A stretch of 64,000 bases of DNA from Octopus vulgaris (Eukaryota). This document shows, one piece after another, positions 53,426 through 64,000 of this stretch (its first letter is position 1; every line of letters starts with the position of its first letter). The stretch spans positions 31,682,001 to 31,746,000 of the forward strand of contig OX597823.1 of the NCBI GenBank assembly GCA_951406725.2. Reading direction: 5' to 3'. A program made the translations under genes and the position numbers. Below the pieces are notes generated by a model, which saw only the letters and a program-made list of their open reading frames with translations, ran no database searches and was not told the origin of the DNA.

Positions 53426-54104
53426 GTTTTTTCGTTTTGCAACCGTTTTTTTCCATGTATGCATGGGTTACACAGATATGTTACTGAGGTATTGTTTTAC
53501 AACCGGGGTGCTCTCCCAGACGTTAACCCTCACCTGTTTTTCCAGTAAGGGATCTATTACACCACAGGAAAGCCAGCTGGGCAAGTTACACAGGCGAAGT
53601 GCCAGCAACAACACCGCTTGAAAGTCGTAACTTTCGAATATTGTAACTAGATATGCAGGCGTGTACATACACAACAATCAGACAAAACCAGTACCCTACC
53701 CTCGGTTTCAGAAACGGAACTACACGCTGAAAGATCGAAACAGAAATTTCGTACATTGCGAAGCATAGGGTGCCGAGTCAGCTCTCGTTTTCGCTGACCA
53801 GATTAAAAATTACATTCGATTCACAGTTTTTAGCTCTTTCTTCCGATAGTGATCACAAAATCTCTCTATCTCTCTGAAATAAGAATTCAGAAGTACCGAG
53901 AGCGTTGGAGTGAATCGTTTTTAACGGTGGAACTTGGAAATAGTTAAAGCTATATAACAAAAAAAAAAAAAAAAAAAATAGCAGCCCGTCGGCAGCCTCC
54001 GATAGTCTCTCCCCCCAAAGGTGTTTTTAATCCAATATTTTACATGCTATTATTAATAGTTTTTTTTTACTTTGAGTCCACCGTTAAAAATCATTCGTCT
54101 CTCC

Positions 54105-54282
54105 ATTTCGATATTTCGTCTGTCTTTACGTTCTGAGTTCAAATTCCGCCGAGGTCGGCTTTGCTTTTCATCCTTTCGGGGTCGATAAATTAAGTACCAG
54201 TTGCATACTGGGGTGGATCTAATCGATTGGCCCCCCCCCCCCAAAAAAAAATTTCGGGCCTTGTGCCTAGAGTAGAAAAGTA
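54105..54282 (+). mobile_element. SINE family B, 5'-truncated, CpG-intact
   Basis: GAGTTCAAATTCCGCCGAGGTCGG..CCTTTCGGGGTCGATAAATTAAGTACCAG..GGCCTTGTGCCTAGAGTAGAAAAG. Confidence 0.9.
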
Positions 54283-54744
54283 TATATAAATAGGTTCCCG
54301 GAAAACCATAAGCGAAACAAAATATATTTTGTCGGACTAATGTTTATGGGTTTTATATATGAGAGACGCGTTTATAGAGAGACAGTAAATGAATGCAATT
54401 TAAGCAAGGAGAGAGAGAGTGAGTGAGAGAGAGAGAGAGAGAGATGATATAATTGCGTCAGGCAGGAGTCTCAAAGACCAATGTAATGCTGAGATGATGG
54501 TGGCGGAGTAGAGCGGTGAGGTGAGGTAGTTGTTAAGCTAAATTGCTGACTCGAGAAATAATTAGTGTTGTAACTCCATACTTGACGCAGACATTACTAC
54601 GCCACTTTCTATGCGATTTACGTATTGCAATAATTTCTATTTACAACAAGGATGTGTATTAGAATTTATTAATAAACTCTAGCACTTGACTAGTAGTGTA
54701 CTGTTGGAGAGAGAGTTATCCATATGTGTGTGTGTGTGTAATCG

Positions 54745-55100
54745 CAGACGAGGCAATGTGGTAAGAAATTTCCTTCCTAACCACTTGGTTCAGGGTTCAG
54801 TCCCACCGTGCGGCGCCTTGGACAAATGTTTTCTGCTTTTGTTCCGTACCGACCAAAGCATTGTGTGGATTTGGTAGATGGAAACTGGAACAAGTTGTAG
54901 ACAGACAGATGTGCCTGTTTGCCCACACCGCATCACCCCTCGACAACCGGTGCTGGTTTGTTTACGTCTCAGTATAGTAGAACTTCGGTTTAAGAGTCGG
55001 ATATAAAGATCAAGCTAAACGATAAATAGTGGGGTCAATTTGTTCGAGTAAACCCTTCAAAGAGGTGTCCCAACGAGGCCGCAGTCCAATAACTTAAGTA
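54745..55100 (+). mobile_element. SINE family A, diverged
   Basis: GTGGTAAG..GGTTCAGTCCCACCGTGCGGCGCCTTGG..GGGGTCAATTTGTTCGA. Confidence 0.8.
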
Positions 55101-55416
55101 AAAAAGGACTATATATTCTTTTATTCTCTTATATGTTTCAGCCTTGAGGCTGCGGCCATGCTAGGGCACTGACATATATATGTATATTTTTTTCCAATCT
55201 TATTGGTTCCAGCCAAAGGCTGGAGCCACGCTGGAGCAGATAGATAGATAGATAAATAGATAAATAGATAGATAGAGAGACAGACAGATACGTTTATATT
55301 GCCAGAGGAAAGAGTTTTCAATACAATTAACTCACAAAATTATTTCTAGCCTCACGAAATCAATCACCTACTTCGAAGTCACAGTCAAGCTTTCTTTGGA
55401 AAATACACACACCGCT

Positions 55417-55470
<54 letters not shown>

Positions 55471-55496
55471 GAACTGAGTCGACTCGTCTATTAAAA

Positions 55497-55718
55497 TATC
55501 CTTTTCTACTCTAGGCACAAGGCCCGAAATTTTTGAGGAGGGCGTGGGGGGGAAGTCGGTAATATCGACCCCCCGGTACGCAACTGGCACTTAATTCATC
55601 GACCTCCCGAGAGGATGAAAGGCAAAGTTGACCTCGGCGGGATTTGAACTCAGAACGTAAAGACAGAAAAATACAGCTAAGTAATTTCGCCCGGCGTGCC
55701 AACGATTCTGCCAGCTCG
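55497..55718 (-). mobile_element. SINE family B, full length
   Basis: Reverse-complement match including the GAGCTGGCAGAATCGTT head. Confidence 0.9.
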
Positions 55719-56567
55719 TTTATTAAATATAACTCTAAACGTAATATGTTGAGTGCGTTTGTCTTCCGTTTGTCCACCTGCTCGTGTGTCGAGTGGGGGG
55801 GGGGGAAGTGGTGTTTTAGTGGATGACCTAAAATGTTAAAAATGTCCATATATACACTAAGAGACTCAGCTGTTAATAGTCTAAACCTTGTAGTGCGTGT
55901 ATATTACTAGTTAAGTCCTGATATACATAAACGTATGACCAAAAGTACTTAAGATCACTTGTCTTTTTACCAGGTTGGTGTGTATATGTGTGCGAGGTCC
56001 AAATCAACATGTTCTTCACAATAAATTTTTCTACTTGCCGTATACAGTCACGCCATTAGCAAATACTCAGTTGCCGTTCTTAAAAGTGCTTTAAAATAAG
56101 TGTAGTAACATCGTAAAACACACCCACACGTGAGTGAGTGAGTGTGTATGTGTATGTGTGTGTGTGTGTGTGCAGACATAAAAATGAGGTGAGGGAGATT
56201 TAGTTACTATTTTTGGTGAGTCGAATATCCACCAAGCCAGATTGGTAAGATGAGGTTTGGATATCCTCCGACATGAAATACAACAACATCCGTCAAAATG
56301 CAGATGGTTTATGAACAGTCAACGACCATCCAATTTCATAATCTATACACTGAACGATGACGGAAATATCATAACATGGAACTGTCTCTTGTGTCAGTTT
56401 GCGGTGTCAGCCTTTCTGGTCTCTGCTACTGAAGAGGAGATAACCATTGCGAAATGCATTCATCAAACGGTCTAGTTAGGAGGCGCTGTGAACTGACTCG
56501 GTATATTTACACCTATTTCCGTATAGCTGTAAATTTTCTCTATGATGAAATACAGCGAATGGTTACG

Positions 56568-56625
<58 letters not shown>

Positions 56626-56754
56626 CACAATCAAAGTGCAGAAATGGCGTACTCAGATACCCTGTCTTCCCTTCCCTAAGCGTCTTAATACTTTGCATGT
56701 ACCACGTGCTCGCGTGGCTGTTTTCTTCTTTTCGATTAATTTTATTTATGTATA

Positions 56755-57378
56755 TTCTTTAACTTGTTTCAGTCATTTGATGCGGCCATGCAGGAGCACC
56801 GCCTTTAGTCGAACAAACCGACCCCAGGACTTATTCTTTGTAAGCCTAGCACTTATGCTATTGGTCTCTTTTGTAGAACCGCTAAGTTACGGGGACGTAA
56901 ACACACCAGCATCGGTTGTCAAGCGATGGTAGGTAAAGGGCAAACACAGACACACAAACATATATATATATATATATATAGGGAAGGTGGGGTTAGAATG
57001 TGTAAGGGTGCGATGGGCTTACGAGGGAGGGGTGACGGAGATGGGTAGGAGTGAAGAGAAGTAGGAGTTGGAGCAAGAGAAGAGAGGTGGGTTGGACGAA
57101 GTAGGTGTGAGGGGGAGAGAGGGGAGGGGAGGAGAGTTGAGCCCATGTGACGCAAAGGAGCGAAGAGAGAAGATTAATCTCTGTTCACGGCGCAAACGGG
57201 TGTCCGGATGGCCCCCGTGCAAGGACAATCCGAACACAGACAAGTGTTGCAAAGAGTGACCGGTATAGCGGAAATGGCGCGAGACCGGGGTGTCATTGCC
57301 GAGTCGAATGTCTCAGAGGTGTTCCGCGAACCGGTCAGCTAAGCGGCGTCCCGTTTCCCCGATGTGTGTGTGTGTGTG

Positions 57379-57438
<60 letters not shown>

Positions 57439-57500
57439 GCAGTGGGACTGAACCCAGAATCATGAAATTGGGAAAGTAGCTTCTTACCAGACAGCCACGC
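56755..57500 (-). mobile_element. SINE family A split by the Neptune PLE fragment
   Basis: 3' half at 56755-56960; head remnant at 57435-57500. Confidence 0.75.
56980..57366 (-). mobile_element. Neptune-like Penelope element: GIY-YIG endonuclease fragment plus pyrimidine-rich 3' region
   Basis: The minus frame from 57363 reads IGETGRRLADRFAEHL*DIRLGNDTPVSRHFRYTGHSLQHLSVFGLSLHGGHPDTRLRREQRLIFSLRSFASHGLN, with (Y)IGET..R..EH, PV.RHF, GHS, R..EQ..I and GLN motifs. The single stop is at 57313-57315, probably CGA>TGA. Confidence 0.92.
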
Positions 57501-58668
57501 CTAATATACATGCACATATATATACATACATATGCATATACGTAGCAGAGTGTGCGTGTGTGTATGTATGTGTGTGTGTGTATACATACATATACACTTA
57601 TACGGAGGTACAAATCGTTGTTACTGAGCAAAAGTGTCGTAAGTCCAAATCGTTGCTTTTTCAAAAAACGAAAAAATAGTTTCACCATTCCATTTCCTTT
57701 TTAACATTAGCAACAGTTTCAACTTAGCAATACTTTGTTGGATGCATAAAATCATAATTCCATACCTCTATGAGATTTTCAGTCAGAAATATATTTGCAA
57801 AATTGTTGTTATGTGGGACTTACTACACTTTTGAAAAATGCTAAACTGTTGTACTACACTTTGACAATTTTCATATCTTGGCATCTGAAGATACGATAGC
57901 TTGACTTAAAAAAAAATTTTTTTTTTAAACTGGCTATTGCAAGCAAAAATAAATATCGAAAAAAAAAATGCATTTGGCCAAATATGGACATACGACAGTT
58001 TAACATAATAGCAACGAAATGTAGTCTGGTGATAGAATTCGGTAGAAGAGAGAGAAAAATAACTCGCTCCACCGCCGCCACCACCACCACCACGGACATC
58101 ATCACTAACATCAACCACAACAACAATTTGAACAGTTACAATAATCTGAACGGTGTCAGAACGATATTAAAAGTAGTTCAAGTGCTGTAATTATGTGCAC
58201 CAGTGACCATTCTATCTTCTACTAGTTTCCCAGGTCAGCTTATGGCTAATTACAACGATAGCATGGAAACCTCGTTCCCCGCCGCCGCCGCCCCCACCGC
58301 CAGCACCCCACACCACCTCCTCCACCCACAACCCTCGCCCCCGATTCTCTCATTCTTTAGGTTGGGTCGACTAGATGCGCTGTGGTCATATTGCTGACCA
58401 CTAAACAATTAGTGGCATGCTGGGCAGACCAACTACTACTGTCCAGCAACTTTCCAAAGCTACTACTCATCATTTTGTGGACATTAGAAGACAAGAAAAA
58501 AAAAACTAAGATACACACACACACACACACAAAAAAAAATAAACTAAATATAAAAAACAACAACAACTGAATTCCTCTCTTCATTCCCTCCCCGACCTCC
58601 CCATTCAACCTCACAGAATGTGCACCCTCTTCTACATCAACACACACACTACGCGCCCCCCCCACTAA

Positions 58669-58715
<47 letters not shown>

Positions 58716-58718
58716 TAT

Positions 58719-58762
<44 letters not shown>

Positions 58763-58956
58763 TTTGCTGACAGTTTGGTAACATAACCTGCCGATGCGGT
58801 GTCTGCAACAATGGTGGAAATTGCATTATTATAAGGTTACATGCTTCAATTACAGAGTTTCGGCTGGCTGTTATGGTGAAGCCACACTTAACGAAAAGGA
58901 AGGACAGAGGGAGGGGAACGGAGGAGGAAAGGACGGAAATTTATACATTTTTATGT

Positions 58957-58999
<43 letters not shown>

Positions 59000-59435
59000 T
59001 GCACATAAATACATACTCACACACTTATACATTAAACTGAAACCAAATTCCAGACATAAGTTGGTTCTGAGGTTAACCTAATTTATATGCGCCTGTGTGT
59101 GTGTGTGTGTGTTTACATATTTCTTTCGGTACTAAGCTCTTCACAATGTACCTAGTACACCACAAAATGCAATCAAAAATACCAGATTGCACTCAACACA
59201 AAGGGTAACTCAGAAAAAATTCTAATTACTCCCAATACAAAGGGCACCCCAGAGAAGAAAAAAAAACCTGACTACCTTCAATAAAAAGAGCAATCCAATA
59301 ATCCCCGATTGCCCTTAATACAAAAGCAAGTACTTTCTCCATTGCGTCATCCCACCATGTTCAATTTTCCCATCTCCTTTGCTCATCTTCATAAGGGTTG
59401 AAGACTTCACTTTCACTTCAAGTGATGCTTTAATA

Positions 59436-59715
59436 CAGTGGTTCCCAATGTGGGCAGTATTCCCCTCTCTCCGCCATGGGGGCAGTGGAAAGTTCCAAGG
59501 AGACGTTGAAGAAAAGTAGGGCAATAATGGGGTAACGATTCATGTAAAAACAGAATAATGGGTTCATTAGGTTAAGTTTTATTTGTGGAATACAGTTGCT
59601 TCGAATTTGCTTCAGAAAGAGGTCTATGTTTGTGATGGTTAGTTTGGGCGCGGGCGCTAGGAATGTGGCCTGGGTGTCAAGGGGGCGGCGGCCCGAAAAA
59701 GTTTGGGAACCACTG
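59436..59715. mobile_element. hAT (Charlie-like) MITE
   Basis: TIRs CAGTGGTTCCCAA / TTGGGAACCACTG. 8-bp flanks CTTTAATA / CTTTAAGG (6 of 8 identical). Confidence 0.88.
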
Positions 59716-60320
59716 CTTTAAGGTATAATTAAGACTGTAGAGGAAGAGCTCTGACGTTCGAATGTCGATAAGTTTGGAGTTGCCATGGACAAGTGGAAGA
59801 AAATATGTTTTGGACACAGTTCCATCGACGGAATCATCTTGCAACACATCTCCGCCCTTCATAGCAACCCAACGTATGAACACTAAAACTCCCTTTGGGA
59901 TTTTACTATCACTGTTATGAATTTGCACCCTCACTGGTTTCCTTACACTTATTTCAACCCGGCTGGCTTCATCCACCTTGGTATTTCTTTTGGTCGGTAC
60001 CCCCACTCAACCAAAAACAGAGAAAGTTCGATATAGTCATTCGAACTACAAGAAATAGCAGCCAAATTCCCACCAAATCACACCTTAAGGTCTTGAAGAA
60101 GGCCACATTCAACAATGAAGTCCTATATACACAAAAGACATGAGGGTAACGGACGGTATTCCTTTAATCATATATTTGTTCAGTCAAGGACTGACTTAGG
60201 ATTTTCGATACCTTACCTGGATGGGTATTGATGACGGGTCTTCGAGTTGTTGGATCAGGACTAATCGGTAGATATTTTAGCGCTTTAAGGCTGCAAGAGT
60301 AAAGGGGCTTCAAGGATGGC

Positions 60321-60722
60321 ATTGATCTTAGATACAATTTACAATCAGATCAATAAAATGTTATTGATCTTTGTAATGATTTAAAATAAGATCATTGAGA
60401 AAGAATTGACCCTAGTAGAGTTAAAATCGGATCAACGAAATAGTAGTGATTAAAAGTAAAGATCAACGACGGGTGTGTGGATTCAATTATTGATTTAAAA
60501 TAAGATCAATAAAGAAGTATTGATCCTGGCAATGATTGGAAATCAAATCAATGAAAAGGCATTTAATCCTAGTAATGATTCAAAATGAGATCAATAACAG
60601 AGTATTGATCCTCGTAGCGATTTAGAATAAGACAAATGAACAGGTACTGATCCTAGGTATGATTTAAAATCAGGGGAATGAAGAGGTATCGATCTTTGTT
60701 ATGAAAACAAAATCGATGAAAA
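60321..60722. repeat. Diverged 42-bp minisatellite with dyad-symmetric units
   Basis: About 9-10 units of ATTGATCCTAGTAATGATTTAAAATNAGATCAATNAA.. Confidence 0.8.
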
Positions 60723-60922
60723 TATGGAAGAGGAGGCAGAGGAGGAATACCAAACTGAATATTCTTTAAAAACATATCTCGCTATTTTGGTGACACCCCG
60801 TATTTTCTCTCCGCTACAACCGTCGCTACTACAAACAGAAGCATCACCATTTACAATACAAGCCTTTTCTACCACTACCACCACCACAACAACAAAACAG
60901 CTACTACTATTACTACTACTAC

Positions 60923-61229
60923 CAGTGGCCGACTGGGTCTAAAAATATTGGTTGCCAGGCGACTAAGGGGTCCCACCCGCAACTACAATGCTATCATTTA
61001 TTTATTTATTCATTATTATTATTATTATTATTTGTTAAAAAATTTTTTTCAACTTTCTACAAACACAGCCAGGCTGAAATAATGCATTCTTCCAGGAGTA
61101 AATAAAAAATTCTCAAGCTTGAGGGGATGGGCCCCTTAGATACTAACATGGGCCCCCATATATGGATTCTAATGGCGCAGGGGCCCACTTGAAATCGGCC
61201 AAGCTGGCAACCTGGACAGTCCGCCACTG
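60923..61229. mobile_element. hAT-like MITE inserted in a (CTA)n tract
   Basis: TIRs CAGTGGCCGACTG / CAGTCCGCCACTG, with ACTACTAC on both sides. Confidence 0.8.
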
Positions 61230-62289
61230 ACTACTACTACAGCAATTACTGTTAGCCTCTGCGTGGTCGCTCATCATGCCAGAAATAGCAGTTAAATCTC
61301 CCCATGCTTGATTTTTAAAAGCAACGGAGTAGTCACGGCTGGAATGCCTTTAATTATAGGTCTGGCGAATTAAGTTAATCTGGAGCTGTATGACATCGCC
61401 GTCACCACGAGTAACAACGTAACTACATCAATAGACATGCATATACATACACACAACATGAATGTGTGAGAGGGGGAGGGGAGGAATTGGGGGGTTAGAG
61501 AAGGAGGGAGGTGGAGAGAGAGAGAGAGAGGGGAGGTGCGTTTGGGACGTTCAGAAATGGTTTTGATTTAAGCGTGAATCAGTAGTGTAATATTTGAAGA
61601 AGGTAGCAGAAACAGACAATTGAGACGACTTAGAATAGTGTGTGTGTGTGTGTGTGTGTATGTGTGTATGTGTGTGTGTGTGTATAATATTTTATTACTA
61701 GCTAGTGATTAAATGTAACTGATAATTAATTAGTTAGTACGAGCTATTACTAACAACACAGTAATTACTAGCTACAGAATAGCAACAACAGCTTATCTGC
61801 AAACAGCTGAACGAGAAACAACTTTCGATTGGTGATAGTGCATAAAAAGACAGTGGAGAGCATAAAAAATGTGGTAGACTAACCCTAAGGTTGTTATATT
61901 TCTAGTAAGAGTGATGGGATTGGTAGTATTGTAATCAATGGGGGCATGTATAGGTACGATGGGTTAGCTGCCGTGTAAGCCGTGTTGGGGGCATACAGAG
62001 GTAAGGTGGATAGAGATGTAGTGTAGCTTTAATAATCGTATCTGATCATCATCATCATCATCATTGTTTTAACGTCTACTTTTCCATGGATCAGACAGAA
62101 TTCGTTCGGGTAGATTTTCTACTGCTGGATGCCTTTCTTGCCGTCGACCTACACCTGTTTCCAGGCGAGGTATTTTCTTCTAGGGCAGGACATGGAAGTT
62201 TGGAAACAAATAGCACCACTAGTATGATGGTGATGCTCGTTTACAACTATCATGAAATATCAAGACAATGACACACTCACGCGCGCGTG

Positions 62290-62465
62290 AAGACGCGTGG
62301 TCTAGTGGTTAGGGTGTTGCACTCACGACCACGAGATTATGGTTCTGATTCCTAAACCGACTGTACATTGTGTTCTTGAGCAAAACACTTCATTTCACAA
62401 TGCTCCAGTCCACTCAGCGGTAAATGGGTCGCCCTGCGACGGAATACCCTTCCGATCGGGGGTGT
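62290..62465 (+). mobile_element. SINE family E
   Basis: TGGTCTAGTGGTTAGGGTG..GTGTTCTTGAGCAAAACACTTCATTTCAC..CCAGTCCACTCAGC. Confidence 0.82.
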
Positions 62466-62824
62466 GGGGGGATGTTGGCCTGCCCGTCGAGCCAGCGAGG
62501 TTACACCAATCGAAAGCTAAAACGATGAGAAGCGCTAGAAAAGCAGAAAATTTGAAGGCAAAAACTGTGAGAAGCATTAATAAGATCATCGATAGACTGT
62601 GTGGAAAATGGTTTCTGATTCGTTGTTTCTGTTTATCGAATGAGTGCGTGATCATAATAAGTATTGACGTCATTTGTTTCTGAGCGAACCTTACAACATG
62701 GAAGAAAGCTGAGGAAGGAAAAAAACTATCAGGCTTCCAGAGACAAATTATTGTTCTTTTCAAGAAAATTCGCTTTTCACGAATTTCCGCTTTTCTAGAG
62801 ACCACCCTGTATGTGTGTATGTGT

Positions 62825-62894
62825 AGGATGGATGGATGGATGGATGGATGGATGGATGGATGGATGGATGGATGGATGGATGGATGGATGGATG

Positions 62895-62945
<51 letters not shown>
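62825..62945. repeat. (GGAT)n(AGAT)n compound microsatellite
   Basis: Visible directly in the sequence. Confidence 0.97.
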
Positions 62946-63033
62946 CAAATTTACATAAAAATAAAAAGACGAAGCTAGGTGTAGGAACAACAAGCAGGTG
63001 TATTAGTTTAACGCTTGGGAAGAGTGGAAAAGT

Positions 63034-63069
63034 CTTTAACGTTTCGAGCCTACGCTCTTCGACAGAAAG
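63034..63069 (-). ncRNA. Variant minimal hammerhead motif in a PLE pLTR-like repeat (62945-63110)
   Basis: CTTT-CTGTCGA-A-GAGC-GTAG-GCTC-GAAA-CG-TT-AAAG. A decayed second copy lies at 18116-18151 (+). Confidence 0.6.
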
Positions 63070-64000
63070 GATTAAAAGGGGGAAAGGATTAAATGGAGAA
63101 AGAATTAAATACACAAACACATACAGACGCGCGCGATGGGGTTTTTTTTTTTCAGCCCGAAGCTATAGAAGGCATGCAATGGGAATGAACATGATACCAC
63201 GTGACTTAACGCCAGAGCAAGACCACCACGTAATAGTACTCCCATATTTTATAACTTCAATAACCACATCTGGTTCTCTGGCATCTCTACTCTATAGTCA
63301 GCTTGTAGAAGAAGAGCCACACAGGATCTTATATATCATTTTATAATTAAACTACCAGCTGCCAGTGTTACTCTAATTTTACAAAATTTTACAAAATCAT
63401 CAGCGGTCTCCTCCAGGCGGATCTATCAAACTCGTGTCAGCTACGGAAAAATTTATGTTTAAACCATGATGGTGGTGGTGGTGGTGGTGATGGTGGCGGC
63501 GGTAGTAATGGTGATGCAGCGAATAAGAAAAAAAACGGTGTCAGCAACCACACCTCTTTTAAGCATGGGAATGGCAAACAAAATAGTTGAGTAATAAAAA
63601 AATATATAATAATAATAATAATAAAAAGCAAGCTAGTATTATTTGCCTCAAGGTTATAAGAGAATGAGGAAGTTGAAGAGTGACTCTTAGGGTTTGGAAT
63701 CTATTTTCAATTGTGATAAAATGGAGTGGAGAAAAGTGTTTTAGTGGTAGTCGGAAAGGGGAGTGGGGGAGAATACTGAAGTGTCACTCAGAAAGGAGAG
63801 TGGAGGAGAAAACTGAAGTGTCAGTCGCTGAGAACAGAGGAATGAATGAAGAAAGTTATGTGTCACTGTGTGGTAGTGGAAAAGAGAGAGAGAGAGATAT
63901 TAGAGCTGTCAAGTGCCACTCAGATTGGGAAGGAGAGAAAGGCACTGAGAGTAGTGAGGGAGAGAGAGGAAAAGGGAGGGAATTTCTAAAGGGGCATGAG

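Overview
This is AT-rich eukaryotic DNA, saturated with microsatellites and transposon debris. The repeat families resemble those of octopus/cephalopod genomes (inference from memory, no database search). I find no convincing host protein-coding exon, and nearly all ORFs in the track are translated microsatellites. Recognisable content: (1) a 5'-truncated RTE-clade LINE (40381-42230) with a PHD-type finger inside ORF2, plus many copies of its 3' tail; (2) at least four tRNA-derived SINE families; (3) fragments of R4/Dong-like, other RLE-type, CR1-like and Tc1 elements; (4) mariner, Tigger/pogo-like, hAT and piggyBac-like MITEs; (5) two Penelope-like (PLE) GIY-YIG endonuclease remnants. The most notable signal is a set of hammerhead-ribozyme (HHR) motifs of the minimal PLE type. 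One module combines a tRNA-like Pol III head with an HHR-bearing tail. It occurs directly behind a Penelope endonuclease ORF (42363-42900) and also as a stand-alone insertion with a 12-bp target-site duplication (TSD) at 19803-20048. This suggests a SINE born from, and possibly mobilised by, a Penelope-like element. All coordinates and folds were read by eye; the ends of degraded repeats are approximate.
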